The position numbers and the translations under genes are program-made. The notes under the pieces were generated by a model. That model did not search any database. It was not told the DNA's origin and saw only the letters and a program-made list of their open reading frames with translations. DNA of 57,272 bases, the filler included, from Sluysia triapertura (taxonomy: Eukaryota), in the NCBI GenBank assembly GCA_046118255.1. It is 4 parts of 4 records of this genome, joined end to end, with 100 filler letters (N's around TTAATTAATTAA, not from the genome) between each part and the next. Parts side by side here need not be neighbours in the genome. Positions count along the whole stretch, not along the records: positions 26,118 to 43,432 come from JBJNIA010189608.1; positions 43,533 to 57,272 come from JBJNIA010022955.1; 2 more parts are not named here. One strand, written 5' to 3'. Shown one piece after another: positions 41,147-54,059 of this stretch (position 1 is its first letter; each line of letters starts with the position of its first letter).

Positions 41147-41232
41147 ATTATTATTTAGCTTTCAAAATCTATTACGACGTAATTCAACGCTTAGCGAAAT
41201 GTTTCCCATTGAATCTTGATATAATTTTAAAA
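27234..41232 (+). CDS. WASHC5: WASH complex subunit 5 (strumpellin), 3'-partial. Exons 27234-27443, 27474-27580, 27613-27697, 27732-27832, 27866-27988, 28022-28340, 30400-30772, 32740-32988, 33616-33853, 36795-37170, 37655-37756, 37815-37994, 39413-39537, 39854-39944, 40905-41076, 41159-41232
   Basis: All introns are GT-AG and phases join into 975 open codons. Hallmark motifs include [49 protein letters not shown] and [16 protein letters not shown]. Confidence 0.96.
31200..32560 (+). mobile_element. Decayed pogo/Tigger (Jerky/CENP-B-like, DDE_1) transposase in WASHC5 intron 7
   Basis: Broken frames give [41 protein letters not shown] and [17 protein letters not shown]. Confidence 0.85.
33398..33590. 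mobile_element. piggyBac-like MITE (193 bp) in intron 8
   Basis: TTAA|CCCTTTGCG...CGCAAAGGG|TTAA. Confidence 0.8.
35466..35850 (+). pseudogene. FDPS: Farnesyl diphosphate synthase relic within WASHC5 intron 9
   Basis: SVVNTFKYL...[31 protein letters not shown] (first Asp-rich DDxxD motif plus RR), then INDG and EIIELFNEI...QCLNVL, collinear with FPPS. Confidence 0.8.
37196..37324. other. Scaffold gap in intron 10
   Basis: Run of N. Confidence 0.99.
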
Positions 41233-41760
41233 GTAGGTTTTTGTTAACTAGAAATAATCATCTATTACGTCGCTGAATAATTTTATTTGATTTCATACTT
41301 TGAAATGTTAAGGTACAATTATGAAACACAAATTTTGTTTATTTAGTTATTTAATATTTATTTTTAAATATAATTCTTCTAATCTCTAATTACATATTAA
41401 ATAAAATATTGAATTTGAAATATCTGTTTGTTTATGTTTTAAACATTTTCATATTAATAATTTTACTAAGCTTACTAAATATTTTGTAAAAACTAATGAT
41501 ATACAATATTGAAAGTATGATTTTTACATCAATCATTTCTTTTATCAACAAAATCATTTTATCAAAATAATCCTAAATATTTATTTCAAAATTAATTACG
41601 GTATACATTATTTTACATAAGCATTAATAATAAACGTAAACATTGACGAAAATTAATTATTAATTATAATCATTACACCACAATTACAATAAATATCCAT
41701 GAAAACTTTAAATTATATAATGATAAATAACTTTTTATCATAGTATAATTATTTGTAGTG

Positions 41761-41807
<47 letters not shown>

Positions 41808-43432
41808 AATAATAATAATGTAAAATTTTAAATAGTGTTATAGTTTATAAATATTTGAATATGTTCAAAGAAACTTTATATATCAAATAATAACTCTACC
41901 TTATAATTAACTTTATAATTAACTTTAAACTCTAAAGTTTTCTCTACCAAGTGTAAATCAAGATTCAAGAATCTAAATTATTGTTAATGTAAGCGTCTTT
42001 GATATATTTATACTCTATCGCTATAATAATTCTAATTTATCTGAAAGTATAATTGGTTTTTAATGTGAACTTCAAGTAATATATTCTATATATTATGTTT
42101 ACCTTATTTGAAAGTGTGAATTCGAATACTCGTCTCAGATATTCGAAATGGAAGTGCTTTTTAATGGTCTATTTCAAAAGGAAACTTTTATAAATTTTGG
42201 GCAGCTGCACTTCATCAAATCTCAAAATTTTATTGTATTATATGCAAAAAATGAAACTCTTGTGTGTAATGAAATTTCATTCAAATAATAATAAATTTTT
42301 GAACCACGCTGTTTTCAAATAATTTTATTCACAAAATAATGATAATACAATATGATTGAATTTGTAATGGGCTTATTGAATTAAAAAATTTAATACTTTT
42401 TTTGAAACGACTGAATACTTTCTTATGTCAGTAACTTTCTATATATTCCCGTACTTTATCTACGATAAAATTAAACAATTGTACTTTTCTCTGCAAATTT
42501 TACAAAATATTATCACTTTTCAATATTCTTAAACTACTTTACGATGAATTTTCAACTTTGGTCAATATACACCTTTGGTTTTCAATGATGGTTTAAATAT
42601 TCTTATATTATTTTTCGTTAATAACAATTTAAACTCTATATCGTCTTACTATTTAAGTAATGTTTATGCTTTAGATTTATCTTATCTAGAAGAGTGAGCT
42701 CGAGTACTCGTTCCGATGACCTGGAATGGAAACGCAATAAGTTTTTTACTTTTCTTGAAGTCGAATTTTACTTTATATAATTAATATACTTACAGTAATA
42801 AATAAATTTTATTGAGACTTTATTTCAATTCTTTATTATTGGGGTTCTATTTTCAGATAAACGACTAAGAAAACACAATTTAAATATATATAAATTTATT
42901 AACAAAATGATTTTCAATGATATAATAAAACTATCAATTTTTTTTGTAAATAAATATAAAGAACTGTGTGAATAATTTTAACTGACACACTTCAAAATTC
43001 AGACAATTAAAATGATAATTATAATTATCTGATCAATAGAACGAATTAAACAAATTTTAAATTCCTACGTTTATGAATCGTATAGCTGCGACTTAACTCA
43101 ATTGTTGTAAGTGATATTCGATGGAATTGGTGATGCAGATCTTCTGATATATTTTAATTGAATTTCCCAAAATTATCGATTAAAATCTTTTCATTCTCCT
43201 TGTATAATGTTAATGTTTATGATAATTTTTGTATGTGTTCATTTTTATATTCGCAGTTTAATTTTATTTCATAAAATTTTGTCACATAAATTGTAAATAA
43301 CTAATAATAATATACAGTTCAATGGTTGATAAATTTTTTACACTAATAATTTTTATAATATTGTTGTGTCTTTTGATATTTTTTAACCTTCCCAAACTAT
43401 TAAATCAAAAATCAATAATTGAATAAACTCAA

Positions 43433-43532
43433 NNNNNNNNNNNNNNNNNNNNNNNNNNNNNNNNNNNNNNNNNNNNTTAATTAATTAANNNNNNNNNNNN
43501 NNNNNNNNNNNNNNNNNNNNNNNNNNNNNNNN
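43433..43532. other. Artificial contig spacer
   Basis: 44N-TTAATTAATTAA-44N. Confidence 0.95.
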
Positions 43533-43543
43533 ATAAATTAATA

Positions 43544-43606
<63 letters not shown>

Positions 43607-44120
43607 AAACCTTTCACTGAACTTAAATAAATACCATAATTAAAAATAAATCCAAAAAATATTTAACTAAACTTAAAATAACCATTTCTCGAGATGTCCT
43701 TAAATCAAAAAATAAATAGAAGAATTTAAAAAACTTATAACATAAACACAGATGACAAATCTGTAAAGATAATTCAACTATTTTTTTGTTATTTTAAATA
43801 TGCTTTCCATTATTCAAATGAACTTTTTAAATATATCAATTTAAATAAAAAACTAGTAACATATTATCAAACAAATTTAAATATAGAAGTCTATTTTTAA
43901 CATATGTTAAAATAATAATTTTTATAATAAAAAATAGATATTTTTTAAGGATTTTGTAGAAAATATTATTTTCCAAGAAAAATCCCCATAACTAGATGCC
44001 ACAATTTTAATACTTCACAGTGATAATACATAATTTATTTCAAATAATACATCGTTTATTTAGAAATTTAAAGTCTATCAGTATTTCTCAACATTATTAC
44101 ACATTTATCACTTAAAAAAG

Positions 44121-44156
<36 letters not shown>

Positions 44157-46876
44157 CAACGTGTAGTAACCAATCATAAATCATTAAATATTTTAAAAAC
44201 AATTGATATAAATATTGAAATAAAAATAAAAATAATAATAATATTAATAATATTAATAATTATGATACTGTTTGGTCACCGAATCATATTTCAAAATAAA
44301 TATTATTTATGTATATTCGTGTATTATGAGATATAATTCCGTCATTATCATTATAAAATAAAATGTATGATTTTGAAGCAAAAAAGTAGTAAAAATGTGT
44401 TGAAATTAATTTACATTTTTATAATAGAAACGTGAAATTAATTTATATTTATGCAAGGTAATTAATAAAAATTGAAAATGATTAATAAATTTTATTAATA
44501 AATATGTACCAATGTATTGTATTTATTACGATTTATGCACTATTTAAATGCTTAAATGGAATATTTAAATTATGCGAATGAAAAATTACTGTAAAACTAC
44601 TGTAATAAAATCATTTAATTTATTTAAATATGGTACAATTTTAAAGTTAATGTGTGTCTTCAAGTTTTAATAAAGCAACTGATTGTACTGATTATAATAT
44701 TATAATAATATTAGCATCTACGGTGAACAACCTATTAAAATTATAAGAATTGTAAATAATATGATTACTGTCCCTTTTTTCCACTAATTTTGTTAACCCT
44801 AATACTAAAGAACTTAGAGTTTGTTATCCACAAATTATTCTACAAATTGTATAAGATTAATGAACAACCAGAAGCAGAATATAAAAGCAGATATGTTTTT
44901 TCAATGCAATTACTATTCTATCTGACGTGTTTTCGATAACGCTATTCAAAATCAAAAATTCTTTGTTTGAAGAAAGATTTTCAAGTATCTTCTAATAATA
45001 TTTGACATGACGTTCTTTAATTCGATTAAAGAACTGAAATGATGATTATACAAATTATTGTTCAGACTGCTTTGGTAATATTTTAACTAACAAAAATCTC
45101 CTTATCTGTGTTTCTTCTTAGTTTTGTTATTTTATTTTAACTTTTATATATTCAGATATTAACTTTGAGTAATAATAAAAATAATACAAACAATAAAAAA
45201 TAAAAATAATAATATTATTATTATCAATTATTTACAAAAAATAATGCTAGAAAAATAATATTTTTAGTACCTTAATTAATTTAACATTTTATCTAAAACT
45301 GAACAAAATGATGCAATATTCGCCTGCGCAAAAATATATTTATACTTTTCTAATTTGCATTGTTATTTTAAATATTATTATTAAATAATTTAGTTTTTAT
45401 TTATATATGATATTTTTGTAATTAATTGTTTGTATTTGTATAAACAAAAACAAATTATAAAATTATTTACGAAATACTTTAAAACAATTTGCTGATCTAA
45501 TTCATTTAATGTTTTTCTGACTTCACTAAGTGAACAGATCGGAGCTTTCTTGTTACACAGTCAGATGAAAACAAAACCTATTTTAATATACAACAGTAAA
45601 TATGAAAATTAGAATATGTTTGATATAAATAGTCGAAGAAACTCTTTATATAAAGAGGTCACCTGCAATAACATAGAAAGAGAAATATGTTTATTGAATT
45701 AGTATGATTCAATAAAAAATACCCTACCAGAACTTATTTTTAATGTTTATTTCAAAAACAGTAATCACTATAAAGTTTTCTTAATTACTGAACTATTTCT
45801 TAGCTCAGAGTTTTCTTTAAAACAATTTATTTTATGACCATCATTTTTTTCGAAATACAAAAAATGGTTAAAGAAAATTAATTTTTATCTTTATATTAAA
45901 TTAACTCTAATAAATGTTTTCTGTTCGACTGTACCTTACATCATCAATATTTACAGCTTAATTATTGTAATTTGCTTTGAAAACAATTGAATTATATATA
46001 TATACTTTACTAAAAAATAATATATATAAAAACGTTTCATTAATTTTATCATTTGTAGCAGCATATGATTTCTATAATTAAGATAAAAATAACACTTATA
46101 AATGTTTGTTTTTGAGATAAAAGAGGTTTTAGATATTTTACTCAGAAAATATATGCATTAAAGATAATACAAACATTATTTATTAAATTTATTATTTATT
46201 TATACTTGTTAAGTGTTTATTAAAGTTAATACAGAATCTAAATTTGATTATTTTGACATATTATAATTGCGTTTTTAATGTTTGAATATTCTGCCAACTA
46301 AGCCACTCTAATGTAGCATTTTAATAAGATAATTCATGACGAAAGTAACAAAAACGATCTGTCTTAAAGTATTCTTCTGATACTTATACTAAAACTTTAT
46401 TTAATACATGATTATAGGATTTTAAAATTATAAAAAATTAAATATTTTAAAAATAAGTTGCATATAGATGTTATATTTGTTAAATATTCGGTATATTTAA
46501 TTTATTTAAATTTAAATTCAGATGACTTTCTAAATAATCAATATAAACACATTAGTTGTTAAAAAGCTTTTAATTACTATAATAGGTATTGATGTTTTCT
46601 TTATCAATATGCATTTTTATAAATATATATTTAAAAACATTATTATATATCATTTTTTATGTAAACGTCTTACATTTTCATTTCTATAAATAATATTATT
46701 ATCACAAATCACTGTTTTATTTATATTAATTAAGTTTATAAAATTAATTAATTTAGTTTATTTAATAAATTTTAAAATATTGCCAATATGATTAATTCAT
46801 TCAATTATTAATTAGATAGAGTTTATATAAAGATTAAAAAGTCAGTTATTTAATGTGTGTTTGTAAAATTTATCAA

Positions 46877-46925
<49 letters not shown>

Positions 46926-47550
46926 GTAATGATAATAATAATAATAATAATAATAATAAATTAATTAATAAAAGTCATTGTTTAGATTTAAGAAGAATTT
47001 AAAGGTTTCATGATTTGTTATTGATTATTGAGTACAAAAAGTTGACAATAAGACCAGATTTTATTTTACGAAACATTATATTGTGATGATAATTAGGGCA
47101 TTGTAAATTACAAAGACAACAAACAACACCGCGATATTATAAATGAAGTTTCTTATAACATCGTATTTTTAAACAAAAGGACTGAAATAAAAGAAAGAAC
47201 CAATTAAATACATAATAACAAATAATTCAATACTGAAATAAGTCATTATATAATTTACACGAATACAAAATTCAGCGATATTCGATTTTTTAAAGATCCT
47301 AAATTCAAATGAACTTCAAATAAAACTGAACTGTTTTAGAGCTAAAATAATTAATAAGCTAAAATGTTCGAGTATAATGTGTTTGATCAAAGTTTAAATA
47401 GGAAACTGCATTTACAGAAATTGAAATTACTGAATCAGATCAAATTGTGTTTCTTGTCATTTAATAGGACACCGAATATTTATGTACTTTATTAGTTCCA
47501 TTATTTCAAAATTGATACTATATTACATTTTATTGATTTATTACTACTAC

Positions 47551-47600
<50 letters not shown>

Positions 47601-49564
47601 TATTATTGGCATCATAGCACTCATCATTTGAACTCGTCTATGATGGACGTATTAATTTTAGTAGTTAAAATAGTTCTGTAATAATTAATTAATAATGAAT
47701 ATTTAATATTTATTCTATTTTTAGAACAAATAATTTAAAATAATAAAAGCTTAACGTATCATTCATTCTTAAATTTAGAATATCATCAAATTATCATAAC
47801 GGTTTTTTAAAACCTTTTGTACAGTTCCCTACCAACTATTATTCAATTATTATTCAAACGTAAATGATACATTATCATCAATAATTTGTTTTAAAATAAT
47901 ATTTTATTAAAATAGTTATCTTAAATTCATTCTGGCATGCATATTGTTTAAAATTTTTAAAATATTTAGAATTAATAATTAGTATTTGTTATCAAAATTT
48001 AAACATTTATAAATCTTTAAAAATAGTTTAATAAAGTTGTTAATAATAAAATAATCAATAAAAGTTTCTGTAATAAAGTAAGTAATAATAATCGCATATT
48101 AAATAATAATAATAATAAATAATAAGTATTAAATAATAATAATAAATCTAGAATTTTGATAAAATGACTATAAAATGTCCAGAATGAATCTATTATAAAA
48201 CAGATAAAGTACAACGGTGATTATCTCCACATATTTTCTATAAATAGAATTCACAATATCGGATTTATTTTATTGTAACACTAATTAAAGTACTCACAGA
48301 TTATTGGAAAACTAACAGCATCTGATTTATATTGTTCAGAATTAAAAATATTCCGCAATTTGCTATTAGTTTAAAGCTAGTATTAATATCAATTTCAAAC
48401 TATTTCTCTCAATATTATTATTTTTATTTTATAATTGATTCTTTGTGAAATGGTGCTGGTCTTTATCACTTTTTACATAATTTGTTTCTCTCCATTATTT
48501 GATTTATTTAAATCGATATCAAAGACAAAATTAATTTATTCGATAATCAAACGAAAATATTTAGTTAAGCTCGAACAAATGAGTATAACTGATTGAAGAG
48601 TCCAATATTGGATCAAAGATAATTTAGTCAATTCATAGTTATTCGTCCACGTATTACATTAATGCATTATCTTCATTAATTAAGTAGAAATAGGCAATAC
48701 TGTTTTTGCAAGTGAAATTTCTAAACAAAACATTTCCATAGTTCCTTATTGTTAAATTCATACTTCATAATCTGGTTTGAGGAAATTAAGTAAGTAGATA
48801 ATTAAAATTAAAAAATTTTTCAATTTATTTTTAAAAATATGACTGAAAATGATTGGTGGAGAACTACTATATAAATACGACTATTTTCAGTCACAATTTA
48901 CAATTTAAATACGCTATCAGAATTTCAATTATATTTTTCAATCATTGTTCATATTCAAGACATCAGCCATTTTGAATGATTAGAAAACATTAAAATATTA
49001 GTTTTTCTTGGTTAAGATCTCTTTGTCTCTTTGAGACAAAGTATTAAATTACGTCTAAATTACACAGATTTAATGAGGAGAAAAATCGTAAATTAAAATT
49101 TAATTTAATTTAATTTAATTTAGTTTTAATTTTAACATTGTATCTTATAAAAAATATTTTATAAAATTTTTCTTGTGTTACATTATCATTATTATTCTTA
49201 TTGTAAGGAACCCAATTCAGAATCAGGATCAGCAGTTAATGAAGAACATAAATAATAATAATTTAACTAATTGCTGGAATCCTAAATAAATAAATTAAAT
49301 AAATAAAGAACTCACTGAACACATAAAAGATTATTGTCATAAATTAATCGTAAATTAAAGTAAACAAGAGAAATATACTTACCATTAATTTCAGATCTAA
49401 AAATACACATAAATTAAATATTATAATTAAAAATTTAATTTAAAAAATTTACCCTGTAAAAATCTGAATTAGTATTTAAAGCTAGTTAATAACACAGCAC
49501 TCGCACAATATTGTAATCAATTTTGTGATTTTACGTCTCTACGGATAACTCCGATTGTTGAGAA

Positions 49565-49725
49565 CTTAATTCGTGATTCGTGATAGATCGGTTATTTAAT
49601 TCGTGGTATATTGGTACATTTGATTCGTGATATGTTGGTAATTCAATCCGTGGTATATTGTAAATTTGGTGTTTTAACTGTGACCGATTTGATGATTTAA
49701 TATGTGGTATATTTGGTGAATTAAT
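49565..49725. repeat. Degenerate ~21-bp minisatellite (ttaattcgtggtatattggta)
   Basis: About six diverged copies visible. Confidence 0.7.
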
Positions 49726-51251
49726 ACCTACGAATATTTCGAGAGACCTGATTTGAAGTACCGATCCATTGTTGATTAAAATAGAAAATTTTGTAAGTTA
49801 TTTAGTGTAAGATTTTATATTGTTTAAAGGTAATTAGATACAAATTAATTACGTAAATTATTTAAAAACGGAGTTCTAATTTCTTTAGAGACAATTTAGT
49901 TATTAAATTATATCAATTTTTTAGAATCGTGTCGTCCAATAATAATAAATTTATTATTTTATTGTATACCTACCATATCAGAAAATTATAAGAGAAGTTA
50001 ACCAAAAGTTATCATTGAGTTAAATTCTTAAAAGTTAAAGTTTACTAATTATTTGAATTTCAAAGTTAATTGATCAGAATTTGAATTCGTTTTGATTGAG
50101 TTATTGAAATATAAAGTATTTGCTTATATACATCCAATTGTGAAGAAGTAAATTTTAGAAAAGATTGTAAATTAAATTAATCCTTTGAGTTTTTCGTCCA
50201 GACAGTTCCAGAATAGTTAACTTCATATTGAAAAAGGTTAACTTCATATAATCATCACTATACGTTTAATGGGCATAAAGAAACTTGGTATGGTCAAAAC
50301 TTATTAACTTGTTAGATCCAAAGTTAAATTATAACTAAATCCTACAAGAACGTCACTTTCATTAACCTAGTCACTAAGATTTAATTTGTTAGTAGTTTAA
50401 CTAAGAAGAACACTACCATTATCGTTACATTCGTTCAGTATCATCAACATTTAAATAGCACCTTCAAACATTTCAATTCAATGTTCATTAATTAATAATA
50501 TATTTAAATGCATTTGTAACAATTTTACTCCAACCAATCAGGAAGTAAGTAGAATATAAACCAATATACCTTAATTAAATATATCATACGAATTCAAAAA
50601 TTTGCTCCGCCCCACATTTCACTTCACAACTCTCGTAGAACAAATTACAATAAATAATTTAAAATAAAAATGGCATTGAATTTTAAATTTATTGATTTTA
50701 TTATCTTGCGTAACGCATCTTAAAAATTAAAATTATTTAGTCATAGAAAGTCATATTTTTTAGTAACGAACACTAGAATCGTTTACAGTTAACTACCGAG
50801 TTATTCAAAATGATTTCAAATAAACAATCAAATAAATTATCTTTGATAAATCTGCATTCATACTTGGTAACAAATTCACTTATTTAATATTTTCTTTTTC
50901 TAAATATAGTTTTTTTCATGACAATATTGTATACGATCAATATAATTACAATTCAAATAGAAATTTAATTAAATCTTGTCATCATCACCATCACCATCAT
51001 AATCAATATTAAAGTTGTCACATTGAATTATTTTAATCAATAATTCCAAAATTATCAAATTTAATTTTGTAATAATTGAATAACAGCACTTAATTGACAA
51101 ATTGATTTTCTTTTAACAATGTTTCAGTTATTTGTATTTTTGTATTTCAATTCTTGAATCAAAATTTGAAAGTGATATTTTCTCATTATTTACTTTCTAT
51201 GGGTTGAATTTTCTTAAATAAAAACATTTATTTATTTTGACATTTCAAAAT

Positions 51252-51420
51252 GATTGTGAAGCCAACTGTCATCAATATTGTTCTTGGTTATTTCAGAGGC
51301 ATTGTATAATTAAGACATATAAATCATCTTTGTGAAAAAATGTGGATATATGAAAGTTACATGGGCTAAATCATTTATACAATGATAATATCCATCATTC
51401 TGTTTGAATGCAGCCACAAA
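51252..51420 (+). pseudogene. Possible C1-domain (C-x4-H-x2-C-x7-C) gene relic; a second copy lies at 54259-54400
   Basis: DCEANCHQYCSWLFQRHC followed by stops; nucleotide similarity to 54259-54355. Confidence 0.4.
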
Positions 51421-52642
51421 TAGTACCAACTAATATTATAAATCTCGAATATTTTTCCAATTAAATATATTTAATAAAAACATTTCATATAAATTTATCA
51501 AAACATAAAATATAGTAGACATTGCACCAGATCGACAATTCGTCGTATCGAGTTTTTGTGTTTCGAAACTTTTAAATTATTAAAGTGTTTGTATCACTTT
51601 ATAGTACACATGTTTTGTTGTTAAAACTTCTCTGTTCGATCAATAATAATCAGATATTTCCAAATAAATAAAATTATAGTTTTATTTTATTATAGTCCGT
51701 GATCCCGACAGTTTCACCTTCACTATCCCAAATAGATTTTAGTAATTTTATCAGTAATCCCAAAAATTTCACTTTTACAAAATTTGGGGGGTAATTTAAC
51801 CACAATTTTGACCGGTCTTATACTAAACCGGCAAGTACAGTAGAATCGACTATACTACTACAACTTGAAATAGGAAATAACCGTTTGCTAAGATCAAAGC
51901 AGGACTAAAGTACTAAATTTTAAATTATTCCTATTCCTTATACAGTTATGCACCATGCAAAATACAGTAATAATGCGTTTTTTCAAGATGAATGTGTTTG
52001 GCGATGGTAAATTATTTATAAAACTTTTTAAATTTTAGGTCATCGTCATTAGCTCCCCCCATTTTGTGTAATTTTATATTATTTTCCGACCACAGATCTA
52101 AGTGATAAAATAAAATAACATAAAAGTACAAAAAATAATAATAGTAATAATAATAAAAATAGAATTTAAATTAAAAATATTAAATAATTATGATTATAGA
52201 TTAAATGAAAATGACGACTGGAAAAAATAATGTAAAACTGGAATATAAATGACTATTTGAAAATAATTTGTTTAATGTGCTTAGTTTGACTCACAATAAA
52301 TGTTGATTTATTGATTTTGTTCGTGTAATTTCGTGTAAAATAAAAATTAAAAATCAAAAAATAAGTAGACTGAATAATCAAAAAAGAATAACGTAATCAT
52401 TATGGAAGGAAAAAAGTATAGCATTGCCAGAGAAACAACAGAAACAAAATTATTTTAGCCAAATATATAATACTTAATATAATAATTACATTGTTTTATT
52501 AAACCCCTCGAGTGTTGATTTATTTGAATTTTTTAACATATTGAACGAACTTAATTTTACGGTAATGTCATGATGAATACACATTTATTTTATAAATATA
52601 ACTTTATTCAGAAAACAAGTAAATTAATACAAGATTGATTAA

Positions 52643-52735
52643 ACCTTTGGGTACATTTGACGAGTGAAACTCAACTTCTGTAACTTTAGTTATTCATATT
52701 GATGACGAGCTCACTCGTCAAATGTATCCAAAGGG
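52643..52735. mobile_element. 93-bp piggyBac-like MITE
   Basis: TTAA TSD on both sides; ~25-30-bp TIR (A/C)CCTTTGG(G/A)TACATTTGACGAGTGA. Confidence 0.85.
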
Positions 52736-53626
52736 TTAATATTATGTTTGTACTATATTATAGAAAGTCTATAGTATAAAGAAGACATGTATGATGGTTA
52801 TAATAAATCTACATTATGGAGAGGGAATTTTGGACAAACAGGAAGTTAATAAGGAATATTTGATATAAAATATAGTAATAATATATAAAGATATATCGAC
52901 GTCATTGCTGGAAATGCACAGAAACTACATTGCGAATTGGTATTTGAGAATAATCTATTTATTTGTAAAAGTTTCATTCGAAATTATAATTAATTCATAC
53001 ATTTTGCAATAAGAATAATCATTCCAATTAAACATTTGTTACAAAATAATAAAGGATTCGTTTGTGATAATTACGAATCGTGGAAACCCACAATCCATAA
53101 TCAATTAACAATTTCAGTGCACTCTATTTCGAAAATACTTATGCAGTTATGTAATTGGAAGACGGTACATGATGAAAAGTATATAACCTGAATTTCCGCA
53201 TATTTTGATGAAATTATATAATTTAAAAGTGATAATTTCGAAAACACAGTGTGTAATATATTTATTAAAATTTATTAAATTTGAAAATAATTTAAATCAA
53301 AAGTACAAAATACTTAATTGATTAAAAATATTTAACGAATATACAAATAACACTAAAAAAACGTAGAATATTGCCTCATATAAATTAAGACATTACAAAC
53401 AACGATGAAATATAAATAAATAATTGTATAACATCCAAACAAAACATTATTTACGTAATAGAGTGATACAGTGACACTATGTACACAGTTAAAATAAAAC
53501 AAGAATTTGATATAGCCAAATTTATTATTGAGTCGATTCTGTAAAATATAAAATTAGTAACATTTTGGAATTTTCCAATTATTGTTTTAATAAGAAAATT
53601 GAATTTCGCTTTAAAGTTCGATGAAG

Positions 53627-53703
<77 letters not shown>
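53627..53703. repeat. (ATT)n microsatellite, representative of many (e.g. ~18900, 41100, 41760, 43545, 46880, 47550, 54012)
   Basis: Direct inspection. Confidence 0.95.
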
Positions 53704-54010
53704 GTATAAGTATTAAAACAAATAAGTAAAAGTAAAAGTAAAAGCAATTACTGACCAATTTAACATAATAATCATCTACCAAAATTAGCTCTCTCACTCT
53801 TTCTTTATTTCTTTCTTTCTTTTGTATTGTAACGACAATACATTGAATATTTAAAACTTCTCTCACGATCATCTATGGGGAAAATATAGAAAATTATTTC
53901 TATACGTTATGAAGTGCAATAACATTATTTTGTAAGAAAAATTATGGTTGAATATAAATTAGAGATGTTGAAAAATAAATTAATATTAAATGATTAGTTG
54001 CAGGTTTTGA

Positions 54011-54059
<49 letters not shown>

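Noticed and set aside
38300-42760. Faint minus-strand transposase-like peptides (RRKRFT at ~38.65 kb; KILRFDE at ~42.2 kb)
   Set aside because: Single short motifs, insufficient to assign to pogo or piggyBac.
49565-49725. CRISPR-like array
   Set aside because: Degenerate tandem units without unique spacers, in a eukaryotic context with no cas genes.
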